Shown here in pieces: positions 46,347-56,241 of a stretch of DNA of 64,000 nt. A program made the translations under genes and the position numbers. Each line of letters opens with the position of its first letter. The stretch's first letter is position 1. Under the pieces are notes generated by a model. That model made no database searches. It was not told where the DNA came from and worked only from the letters and a program-made list of their open reading frames with translations. Source of the DNA: Candidatus Nomurabacteria bacterium (GTDB taxonomy: Bacteria > Patescibacteriota > Minisyncoccia > Phycocordibacterales > UBA2100); the NCBI GenBank assembly GCA_943359395.1, contig CALRHH010000004.1:1699-65698 (forward strand), given 5' to 3'.

Positions 46347-47750
46347 TCAGACATCTTTGCCGATGGCAAAGAGCGTCTGTTCCCCGCCCCACGCGCCGAT
46401 TATCTGGAAACCTACCGGCAACTTTTTTCCATCACGCTCGACAGTGCCCCCTGGCACCGATATGGCCGGTACTCCCGCAAGATTCACTGGAACCGTGAAA
46501 ATATCTTCAAGGTAGAGCGCCACTGGATCGGAGTTCTTTTCTCCCAACTTAAACGCGGGCGAAGGAGTTGTCGGCATAACAATAGCATCGACCGTCTCGA
46601 ATGCTTTTGCAAAATCCGCTCGGATGAGCTCACGCACCGAACGCGCTTTTCGGTAGTACGCATCGGCGTAGCCTGAGGAGAGTACGAATGTACCTACGAG
46701 AATTCTGCGCCGTGTTTCCTTACCAAATCCTGCAGCCCGAGACTTTGAGTAAACCTCACCGATGTCGTCGGCGGAAACCGAGAGCCCGTATCGGATACCA
46801 TCGAGACGCGCGAGATTGGTCGAGACCTCCGCCGGATTAATGATGTAGTACACGGCAAGTGCGTACCGCAAAGAGGGTAACGCGACATCAACAATCGAGT
46901 ATCCAGCATTTTTCAATGTCTCCAACGTGTTTTCAAATTGTGTATGAATCTCAGGACTAAGGTCTTTCAAAAATTCTCTCGGCACTCCTATCACCTTCCG
47001 TTCAGCCACGGGCAAATCTTTTGTGTCGGGCAGAGATGTACTATCCATCGGGTCATGACCACGAATTGCATCAAAAAGGATTTTTGCATCACCGACACTC
47101 TTTCCGAGCGTCCCTATTTGGTCGAGAGAGGATGCCGCAGCGATGAGACCTGAGCGAGAAACAGCGCCGTACGTAGGCTTCATTCCTGCGATACCGCAGA
47201 AAGCTGCAGGCTGACGAATAGAACCACCTGTGTCGCTTCCAAGAGCGGCAAGCGCCATTCCCGCAGCCACGGCTGCGGCAGAGCCGCCCGAAGTACCACC
47301 AGGAACGCGTGAGGTATCGTGAGGGTTTTTCGTCGGTCCGTATGCCGAATTCTCCGTCGAGCTGCCAAGTGCGAACTCATCCATATTTGTCCGACCGAGA
47401 AATACCACACCCTGTGCTTTGAGTTTTGAAATAACAGTAGCGTCATACGAAGCCTTATAGTTTTCCAACATTTTCGACGCCGCGCTCGTAATGCGCCCCT
47501 CTATCAGGATGTTATCTTTGACCGCGATAGGAATTCCTGTAAGCGGCTGTGACTCCGCTCGCGCAATTATCGCATCCGCCGCCCTTGCCTCTTCCCGCGC
47601 AGAATCCGCCCATACTTCGAGGTATGCATGGATCTCTCCATCTTTTTTCTCTATCGCATCAAGATACGCATTCGTGAGGTCGAGCGCAGAATATTCCTTG
47701 GCATCCAATGCCCGCCGCGCCTCTGTGATGGTGAGTGTCGAGAGGTCCAT
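46347..47750 (-). CDS. gatA: Glu-tRNA(Gln)/Asp-tRNA(Asn) amidotransferase subunit A.
   Basis: Amidase signature GGSSGGSAAAVAAG and the Ser-cisSer-Lys triad context. Confidence 0.95.
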   Translation of the reverse strand: MDLSTLTITEARRALDAKEYSALDLTNAYLDAIEKKDGEIHAYLEVWADSAREEARAADAIIARAESQPLTGIPIAVKDNILIEGRITSAASKMLENYKASYDATVISKLKAQGVVFLGRTNMDEFALGSSTENSAYGPTKNPHDTSRVPGGTSGGSAAAVAAGMALAALGSDTGGSIRQPAAFCGIAGMKPTYGAVSRSGLIAAASSLDQIGTLGKSVGDAKILFDAIRGHDPMDSTSLPDTKDLPVAERKVIGVPREFLKDLSPEIHTQFENTLETLKNAGYSIVDVALPSLRYALAVYYIINPAEVSTNLARLDGIRYGLSVSADDIGEVYSKSRAAGFGKETRRRILVGTFVLSSGYADAYYRKARSVRELIRADFAKAFETVDAIVMPTTPSPAFKLGEKNSDPVALYLEDIFTVPVNLAGVPAISVPGGTVERDGKKLPVGFQIIGAWGGEQTLFAIGKDV

Positions 47751-47751
47751 G

Positions 47752-48036
47752 CTATTTTTTGCGCGAGATTACTTGCTTTACGGCAATTCTGTCCCCCTCT
47801 CGTGCGGGTGCAGCATCTAAAAGGGCTTTTGTATGCTTGCCGCTTTCGATAGGGTTTTCGTCCTTGCGCATGATGTTGCGATGCGCAGGTGACTTCTCTT
47901 CCTCCGGAGCGTTTGCACTCTGCATCGTCTCCACAAAATGCAAAATCGCTGGAATTTCTTTTTCCAACTGGACCATCTCATCCGTCTGAATCTCCAACCG
48001 CGCAAGCTTGGCAAGTGCGGCAATGTCTACAGTCAT
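47752..48036 (-). CDS. gatC: Amidotransferase subunit C, placed at the internal Met of ORF 47752..48198.
   Basis: MTVDIAALAKLARLEIQTDE...FVETMQ is a GatC-like 94-aa protein directly upstream of gatA. The upstream ORF extension has no support. Confidence 0.75.
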   Translation of the reverse strand: MTVDIAALAKLARLEIQTDEMVQLEKEIPAILHFVETMQSANAPEEEKSPAHRNIMRKDENPIESGKHTKALLDAAPAREGDRIAVKQVISRKK

Positions 48037-48080
48037 GGCGGAATAATACAAGAAAAAAAGGTATGGAGCGAGGTCACCAT

Positions 48081-48112
48081 AAAAAACTAAGCCGGTGGTT
48101 GCCCACCGGCTT
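48081..48112 (-). terminator. Intrinsic terminator of the GC-rich module.
   Basis: Perfect 10-bp hairpin AAGCCGGTGG-TTGC-CCACCGGCTT followed on the minus strand by AGTTTTTTAT. Confidence 0.7.
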
Positions 48113-48163
48113 GAATGTTGTATGAGCCAGACTGCCGACTCAAATTTTGAACTTGTTGGCGCG

Positions 48164-48481
48164 TCAGTCGCCGCCGGCAGTGGCCTCGGCGGCCGCACAA
48201 GCCTTCAGGTCGGCGATGACCGCATCGGCCTCGGGCGACCAGTGGTGCATCGGCACCTTCTGGGCGGCCGGATTCACGACGCAGGCATTGAACATCAGCA
48301 GATGCAGGAAGGTTCGGGTTTCATCGGTGCCCTGCTTCGCGGTCTCGACAGCTTCGTCGAATTTCGCCCCCGCGACACCGTCAGCCTTGATACCGGCCGG
48401 ATCAATGCCCATCGTGCGCATGCCCCTGATGATGCCGTTAATCGCCGTCCCGTTCGGTCCGTATTTCTTCGCCTTTGCCAT
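48164..48481 (-). CDS. Hypothetical protein (105 aa) encoded in a GC-rich (~63%) stretch.
   Basis: ORF with a GGGAGA Shine-Dalgarno upstream, its own promoter-like and terminator elements, and no recognisable motif. Confidence 0.5.
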   Translation of the reverse strand: MAKAKKYGPNGTAINGIIRGMRTMGIDPAGIKADGVAGAKFDEAVETAKQGTDETRTFLHLLMFNACVVNPAAQKVPMHHWSPEADAVIADLKACAAAEATAGGD

Positions 48482-48556
48482 GATTGATCTCCCGATCGTT
48501 TGGCACGCTTTAGCGCATCGCTTCCCCTACGAGACAACGACCGCAAAGCAGCTGCG

Positions 48557-48584
48557 TTTATAGCACTTTCTATAAAAAAGTCAA
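48557..48584 (-). promoter_or_regulatory. Sigma70-like promoter for the GC-rich ORF.
   Basis: On the minus strand TTGACT, then 16 nt, then TATAAA, about 75 nt upstream of the ATG at 48481. Confidence 0.5.
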
Positions 48585-48600
48585 GAATACCCACAGATGC

Positions 48601-50625
<2,025 letters not shown>

Positions 50626-50631
50626 CTAGAC

Positions 50632-51291
50632 CTAGTAGTGAAGTTCCACGGAACGCTGCAATGCCCGCGCACTCGTCAATATTGACGCGCAATTCGTACT
50701 ATACCCGTCCGCACGGATAATGGTGCGTATTGAGTCTGTCGGCGCTCCCGTAACGCACACCCCGTCTGCGTTAAACGTCCCCTGACACTTTGTGACAGAT
50801 ACCTGCGCGCAGAGATTGCCGGAAATCGTAGCGTCCTCAAAAAGATCCATCTTTTGGGACGTCATCGTATACGGATAGTACGGAGGTGCCGTCGGTCGAC
50901 CTTCTGCCGCTAAGAGTTTTGTGTCACACGTTGGGTTGGGGTTATTACACGACGCATTTATCAAATCCGTCGAACTTGCAAAATAGTTGCAGCGGAAATC
51001 CCAATAGAGGGCACACTCAGCTGCGGTGTCAGCAGCATAAAACGCGAATTGCGAGTCCCGTCCGATGGCTGAAAGTAAAACCTGTTTCTGTGCGATGCCG
51101 AAAATCGCAGCACCGACCGCGAGAACAATAGACGAAACGAGCGCGGCCAGAAGCAGCGTAAAGCCTGAATTCGCCGCGCGGCGCCGCCCTAGGCGGTTTG
51201 ACTGTCGGCCTGCGGCCGATGGGAGAAGATTCACGTCGGAACGAACACGTTCCGACGAGATAAGCTGTGTCATCCGGTGTATAAATTTCAT
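50632..51291 (-). CDS. Type IV pilin-like protein (pseudopilin / minor pilin) with a long leader.
   Basis: RRRAANSG|FTLLLAALV prepilin cleavage/methylation motif preceded by a ~40-aa arginine-rich leader. Confidence 0.7.
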   Translation of the reverse strand: MKFIHRMTQLISSERVRSDVNLLPSAAGRQSNRLGRRRAANSGFTLLLAALVSSIVLAVGAAIFGIAQKQVLLSAIGRDSQFAFYAADTAAECALYWDFRCNYFASSTDLINASCNNPNPTCDTKLLAAEGRPTAPPYYPYTMTSQKMDLFEDATISGNLCAQVSVTKCQGTFNADGVCVTGAPTDSIRTIIRADGYSTNCASILTSARALQRSVELHY

Positions 51292-51292
51292 A

Positions 51293-51943
51293 CTATTGCT
51301 GTCCTACGCCGTCATCGACCCAGCGATACATATTCTCCGAAATGGTGAATGAACGCTCTTGAATAGGTCCGGTCTGCCATGTGACGGTCACCGTAACACG
51401 TATCTCGTCCATGCTCCCCGTCACCTGGTAGGCGTGTAGAGTCCGCGTGAAATATGTCGGTGTCCACGCACCCAGGTCATCGCCAAGCCCCGGATAGCCG
51501 TACAGAGTCAGGTTTGTCTGAAGTGGCGGACATGTTCCATTGCACCGAACGATGGCGGTCGACGCGTCTCCCTTGCGACCATCGATTGTAAACGGCTCAT
51601 TGAGTCGAGGAATGAGTCCGAAGATGTCCGGTGCCCCTTCAGCACTTCCCGCGATAACGAGAATTTGGGAATCTCGAATACTGCGCACAGCCTCGATTGC
51701 CTCCTGTGCAAGGTAGAAAGCCGTTATTTGGTCTCGCGCATAGTACGCAGAACCGAGACTTTTCGACGCGAGAGCCATCGGAGACACCACCGCGACAGAC
51801 AAGAGCATCACCGCGACAAGCGTCTCGATGAGAGTAAAACCAGCTTGTAGCTTGTAGCTTGTAGCTGACAGAGGCCAGAATCTTCTGAATTTTTTGCTTA
51901 CTACAAGCTGTAAGCTGTAAGCTGTAAGCTTGAATTCCATCAT
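51293..51943 (-). CDS. Type IV pilin-like protein (pseudopilin) with a long leader.
   Basis: KLQAG|FTLIETLVAV prepilin motif. The leader contains a heptamer inverted repeat. Confidence 0.7.
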   Translation of the reverse strand: MMEFKLTAYSLQLVVSKKFRRFWPLSATSYKLQAGFTLIETLVAVMLLSVAVVSPMALASKSLGSAYYARDQITAFYLAQEAIEAVRSIRDSQILVIAGSAEGAPDIFGLIPRLNEPFTIDGRKGDASTAIVRCNGTCPPLQTNLTLYGYPGLGDDLGAWTPTYFTRTLHAYQVTGSMDEIRVTVTVTWQTGPIQERSFTISENMYRWVDDGVGQQ

Positions 51944-52647
51944 AGATCAAGTACTCGTTGGACTGCCGCGGCTTGAAGATGGAAAGTCGTACGGCTGGAG
52001 GATCCCGGAGCCCCGGCGCTCCCCTTTATAACAATAACGACTTTAGGCTGTACCGTGTCGCCACGCGTCGTACCTACTACGTAAAAAAGCATTTCATCGA
52101 TAGTGACTTCGGGAGCGGTGATGGGTGCGGCACCTGAAATCGAACCGCTCGTTGACCTCTCCAGCCGGTGGGTTACGGTATTGAAATTATATATCCAGTG
52201 CGGGTCTGACGTACTGCCGAAAGACTGGAACTCGAACGTGGTACTCCCTCCCGTGCAATCATTCGGACCGCCCGTATTACCCGTGCATCCAGTTGAGCCG
52301 TCGAAATCATTGCCCATGCGGATAGAGCGCGCCATACCGTCGAGCGCGATGTTGAGGTTATTCATGACGGATTGTAGCGCCTGCGCTTTCCTATTTGCAC
52401 TCACGAGAGCGAGAAGCGCCCCGACACAAACCACCATGACGATTGAGAATAATGCAATCGCCACAACCATTTCAACGAGTGTAAATCCTGAATTCGCCGT
52501 GAGGCGCCTGACCCCGCCGTGAGGCGCCCGAAGGGGTCGCAGGTCAGCTTTGCTGGCCGGAGACGGGTCACGTCGGAATGAGAACATTCCGACGAATCTA
52601 TATTCCGACGTCAAAAATCTTGCGAGCTTGTGTTTGATCTTATCCAT
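51940..52647 (-). CDS. Type IV pilin-like protein (pseudopilin) with a long leader.
   Basis: RRLTANSG|FTLVEMVVAIALFS. The leader MDKIKHKLARFLTSE is homologous to MKFIHRMTQLISSE of the pseudopilin at 50632..51291. Confidence 0.7.
   Translation of the reverse strand: MDKIKHKLARFLTSEYRFVGMFSFRRDPSPASKADLRPLRAPHGGVRRLTANSGFTLVEMVVAIALFSIVMVVCVGALLALVSANRKAQALQSVMNNLNIALDGMARSIRMGNDFDGSTGCTGNTGGPNDCTGGSTTFEFQSFGSTSDPHWIYNFNTVTHRLERSTSGSISGAAPITAPEVTIDEMLFYVVGTTRGDTVQPKVVIVIKGSAGAPGSSSRTTFHLQAAAVQRVLDL
52505..52550. repeat. Family-2 repeat in inverted orientation plus a partial tandem copy, lying in frame inside a pseudopilin leader.
   Basis: CCGCCGTGAGGCGCCTGAC then CCCGCCGTGAGGCGCCCGAAGGGGTC. 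It encodes RPLRAPHGGVRRL of the leader of the pseudopilin at 51940..52647. Confidence 0.65.
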
Positions 52648-52648
52648 A

Positions 52649-53344
52649 CTATTGTGAAGTCTCCCTTTGTACTGATATCTGACCGTTTGCCCCGACTATC
52701 ACACTCATGACATCGCCGCGGGGGGAGAGGAGAATAATTCGAGCGCTTTCAGCGCAAATGCCAGCGCCATAGACACATCCCACTCCGTTTGCACTTATCC
52801 ACGCGTCCGCCTCGGGACGTTTAAAAACAATGTCGAGCTCTGAGGCCGGGCTCACTCCCACGCAGGTAGCGGCGTCAGCTCCCTCAGGAGCGCAGAGACC
52901 GGATATTCTGTAACCATTACGAATAGTATACGGTGACGGAGAAACGTTCTCGTCGGGTGAATCGAAGAAGCCGTCCTTGTCGACATCCGCAAAAAGTTCG
53001 TAATGCAATGGGTCGTCGATATTGAAGTGCATACCGTACCCGGAGGAAAAATTTCCCGCCCCGTATCTCTGAACAGAGATGCCGAATACCTGCGCTTGCC
53101 GGACTGAAAGCGCCACATCGTAGGCCAGATTTTCAAGTTGTACAATTCCACCAAAGCGATTGTTGTTGACCAGCACTACGGACGTCACGACGATAATAAT
53201 CCCCGTCACGACTACGAGCTCGACCAAAGTAAACCCCGTTAGAGAGGCCCTTCGGGGTGCACGAGAAACCAAACCGTTTTTCTCTAACGGGGTAAAAGCC
53301 CGAAGACGTGAGAGGTGTCTATGCCGTAGAGTGATACGAACCAT
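52649..53344 (-). CDS. Type IV pilin-like protein (pseudopilin). The start is uncertain: the ORF extends to 53557, candidate starts are the ATG at 53344 and a TTG at 53252.
   Basis: RRASLTG|FTLVELVVVTG prepilin motif. The long ORF extension overlaps pilD and is unlikely to be translated. Confidence 0.6.
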   Translation of the reverse strand: MVRITLRHRHLSRLRAFTPLEKNGLVSRAPRRASLTGFTLVELVVVTGIIIVVTSVVLVNNNRFGGIVQLENLAYDVALSVRQAQVFGISVQRYGAGNFSSGYGMHFNIDDPLHYELFADVDKDGFFDSPDENVSPSPYTIRNGYRISGLCAPEGADAATCVGVSPASELDIVFKRPEADAWISANGVGCVYGAGICAESARIILLSPRGDVMSVIVGANGQISVQRETSQ

Positions 53345-54189
53345 ATGATGATGCAACTTAGAATGAGAAACGGACCAAATGGAATCTCGCTTTTCATTGT
53401 AAACCCTCCGCGGGGCTTTCCGCGCGAAGTTATCCCAAGTGTGTACAGCGCTTCTGCAATGTGCGGCAAAGGTAGAAGTATGAGTATGGACACGATGGCA
53501 CCCACGACAAATGCTCCGAAGACGGCAAGCAAGCCGAGAGCGGGACCGAGTAACCACCCGATGCCGAGGGCAAGCTTAGCATCCCCCAATCCCATCCATC
53601 TCCCACGGGAGAACAGCCACAAAGCAAAAAGTGGTGCGGCGACAACAGGTCCCGCAAAGATGAACCACAACAATGTGTACTCGTCCGAGAACGGCTGTAA
53701 AAATTGAGAAACGAATGCGAGTCCGGCGAACGCGTACACCCACTCGTCGGGGATTATCGTGTGTAATATATCGTAAGTGGTAATACATACGAAAACGGCA
53801 AGAACGCAAAGGTGTATGAGGATGAGCGCAACTCCGGGCAATGATAGACCGAGGGATGAGGAGCCAACCCAGAAACCCAAGAGTCCGAAAAGGAGTCCTG
53901 TCGCGGCCTCGACAAGCGGATACTGAACAGAGACGCGGCCTCGACACGCCCGGCATCTTCCTCCGAGCTCCAACCACGAGAAAACGGGTATCATGTCGTA
54001 CCATCGAAGTTGCGTGCCACAGCTCATACATCCACTTCGGCCGTTGAGAGAGCGAGCCCCGTGGCGCAGAATGACGACGTTGAGAAAACTCCCGACGATA
54101 AGGCCAAGAAGTCCGAAGAGAAGTCCGAAGCTCATTGGCTCACAGTATACCCCGTGGGATAAACGCATCAGCGAGACGAAGAGAATCAT
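53284..54189 (-). CDS. pilD: Prepilin peptidase (A24 family); the true start is probably the ATG at 54135.
   Basis: CMSCGTQLRWYDMIPVFSWLELGGRCRACRG zinc motif and a polytopic peptidase domain with catalytic aspartates. The N-terminal ORF extension overlaps a repeat element. Confidence 0.85.
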   Translation of the reverse strand: MILFVSLMRLSHGVYCEPMSFGLLFGLLGLIVGSFLNVVILRHGARSLNGRSGCMSCGTQLRWYDMIPVFSWLELGGRCRACRGRVSVQYPLVEAATGLLFGLLGFWVGSSSLGLSLPGVALILIHLCVLAVFVCITTYDILHTIIPDEWVYAFAGLAFVSQFLQPFSDEYTLLWFIFAGPVVAAPLFALWLFSRGRWMGLGDAKLALGIGWLLGPALGLLAVFGAFVVGAIVSILILLPLPHIAEALYTLGITSRGKPRGGFTMKSEIPFGPFLILSCIIIWFVSLYGIDTSHVFGLLPR

Positions 54190-54251
54190 ATCCTCATGAC
54201 GAACCTGGTGCGTCTAAGATACATCCACATTTCCTATCCCATGGGGTATAC
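54145..54251. repeat. Inverted pair of the family-1 motif upstream of pilD.
   Basis: GTATACCCCGTGGGATA at 54145..54161 and TATCCCATGGGGTATAC at 54235..54251. Confidence 0.75.
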
Positions 54252-54303
54252 AAGCAAAACACCGCGTCAGACACGGTGTTTTGCTTTCCGTACAGAAGCT
54301 AGA

Positions 54304-54807
54304 CTACGGTCTTACGTCGTAGACAACACCATCGGCGGACCCGTTGAATCCTCCGTTGACTGCGGTGAAGTCAGCGTTGGTCGTCCATGTACCACCGGTA
54401 CATTGGCTGTTTAGGACCGCATCGTAGTCGATGTCCGAGCTCAAAGCACTGTGACCAACCGTCTCAAGCTTGGCGCCCAAGTGATAGCTTGTGCAATTCG
54501 TGCCGCTCCCGATCGCCTCGTAAGCGTAGCTGAGGAGACTCAAAGGGTCTCTCGGTAGTGCGGAGATGAAACCATCAGCCACCAAGTCTGTTGCATATTG
54601 CGCCGACGTTGGATATTTGCTGTTCGCATCATAATAGAGCTCAAGAGCAAGCTGAATTTGCTTGATGTCGGAAACGCGGCGTGCATCTCGGCCCTTTTTA
54701 CGTGCACTATTCAACGAGGCAAGAACTATTGAGGAAAGGATACCGATAATGGCGATGACCACGAGGAGCTCTATCAAAGTGAAACCCTTCTTATAAGATG
54801 TCTTCAT
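54304..54807 (-). CDS. Type IV major pilin (PilA-like).
   Basis: MKTSYKKG|FTLIELLVVIAIIGILSS, a canonical short leader and N-methyl-Phe site. Confidence 0.85.
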   Translation of the reverse strand: MKTSYKKGFTLIELLVVIAIIGILSSIVLASLNSARKKGRDARRVSDIKQIQLALELYYDANSKYPTSAQYATDLVADGFISALPRDPLSLLSYAYEAIGSGTNCTSYHLGAKLETVGHSALSSDIDYDAVLNSQCTGGTWTTNADFTAVNGGFNGSADGVVYDVRP

Positions 54808-54977
54808 AATATCGTAAAGTTTACTTGCTAAATTACCCTAGTAACGAGGATGACTACCATTGTATACCTATACGCCCCCCATCTAAAGGCGCCTGTGGAT
54901 AATGAATCTTCACCCTTCTAGGGTTTGTGGTTAATTTACGACGCACGAACGTACTCGTTCGTGCGTGACACTCCTCG

Positions 54978-55025
54978 TATCGGCTTTTAGCCGACACTCG
55001 GCCCCCATGGGCGCCTCACGGCGGT
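54978..55025. repeat. Family-2 small repeat element, intergenic, between pilC and the major pilin.
   Basis: TTTTAGCCGACACTCGGCCCCCATGGGCGCCTCACGGCGG. Confidence 0.7.
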
Positions 55026-55026
55026 G

Positions 55027-56235
55027 TCAAAACGCCGAAGCAATATTGTAGATTGGCAACAGTACGGACGCGAGAAGTATCGCGACGCCGAGAGCCAAAA
55101 TCACAATCATCAAAGGCTCAATGAGGCTGACGAGCGTATCCACGGCGTTGTTTACTTCGCGCCGGTAAAACCGCGCCATAGTTTCGAGTATCTTTCCCAT
55201 ATTTCCTGTCTCTTCTCCAATTTTGACCATGGCCACGACGATACCGGGAATTTCTGGATGTTTGCGCAGAGCCTCGGAAAGGGGCATGCCGCCTTTGACG
55301 TCGACGGCCGCATCGGCGAGCACTTTCTCGTAGACCGCATCCCCCACCACGAGTCCCGTGATCTCCAGGCCGCGCAATACCTGAATACCGCTGCGAAGCA
55401 TCGTCGAGAGGTTATCCGCGATGCGCGAAAGAAATATCTTGCGGTAAATATTGCCGATAGCCGGCGTTTCGAGGCGCGCGCGAGAGAGTACTTCTCTTCC
55501 CCGCGCCGTGCGCGAGAACCGATACAGAAAAATACCGCTCACCACGAGAAGTATGAGGACGAGGAAAATGTAGTGGGTAAAGAATTGCGACATCCCTATG
55601 ACCACTTTGGTATAAAGCGGCAGATCTTGCCCGACTTCCGAAAGCATTCCTGCGAGCTGCGGAATGACGAGGGTCATCATGAGGACCATGACCACGACGA
55701 ACGTAAGCATGATGAAAGCCGGATAAACCAAAGCGTTGCGAGCTTTCTGAGTAAGTTCAAAATTCCTGTCCAAATACTCGGCGAGGAAGGAAAATGTTTC
55801 GTCGAGCTTTCCGCTCTCTTCACCCGCGCGGACCATATTTACGTAAAACGAGGAAAAGATTTCCGGATGTCGCGCGAGGGCTGCGGAAATACTGCTTCCG
55901 CTTTGGAGATCGTTGCCGATTATTGTGAGCTTCTCTCCCAAAGCCGGCGTCCGTGCTTCGGCCGCGAGGAGCCTAAAGGCACGGAGAGCAGATACCTGAG
56001 CCTCAAAGAGTGTCGTTATCTGGCGGGAGAGCATCACGACGTCCGCATTCGTCACTCGGTCAAAAAGCGCGAGGCGTTTCGAGAGAAGAGACGCGCCCTC
56101 GGCCGGGTCGATGCCTGATATTACGAGTCCGCGCCGCTGTAAAGCCGCAATTGCGATATCCATGTTGACCGCATCGATAGTGCCTTGCCGCTCATTGCCT
56201 TCCGCATCGAGGGCAGTGTAGGTAAAAATAGCCAT
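55027..56235 (-). CDS. pilC: Type IV pilus assembly platform protein PilC (GspF family).
   Basis: Two T2SS_F repeats. Confidence 0.9.
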   Translation of the reverse strand: MAIFTYTALDAEGNERQGTIDAVNMDIAIAALQRRGLVISGIDPAEGASLLSKRLALFDRVTNADVVMLSRQITTLFEAQVSALRAFRLLAAEARTPALGEKLTIIGNDLQSGSSISAALARHPEIFSSFYVNMVRAGEESGKLDETFSFLAEYLDRNFELTQKARNALVYPAFIMLTFVVVMVLMMTLVIPQLAGMLSEVGQDLPLYTKVVIGMSQFFTHYIFLVLILLVVSGIFLYRFSRTARGREVLSRARLETPAIGNIYRKIFLSRIADNLSTMLRSGIQVLRGLEITGLVVGDAVYEKVLADAAVDVKGGMPLSEALRKHPEIPGIVVAMVKIGEETGNMGKILETMARFYRREVNNAVDTLVSLIEPLMIVILALGVAILLASVLLPIYNIASAF

Positions 56236-56241
56236 ACAAAA

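Noticed and set aside
47752-48198. Full 148-aa ORF-track version of gatC with a 54-aa N-terminal extension.
   Set aside because: The extension (MRPPRPLPAATDAPTSS...) is Pro-rich and runs into the terminator hairpin region of the GC-rich module. The GatC homology starts at the internal Met at 48036.
52649-53557. Full-length ORF-track version of the fourth pseudopilin (302 aa).
   Set aside because: The upstream 270 nt overlap the 3' end of pilD on the same strand in a different frame and have extreme Arg/His composition. The likely start is an internal ATG or TTG.
55024-56118. 364-aa plus-strand ORF antisense to pilC.
   Set aside because: A frame shadow of the pilC coding region. It is His/Arg/Glu-rich and low-complexity with no motifs.
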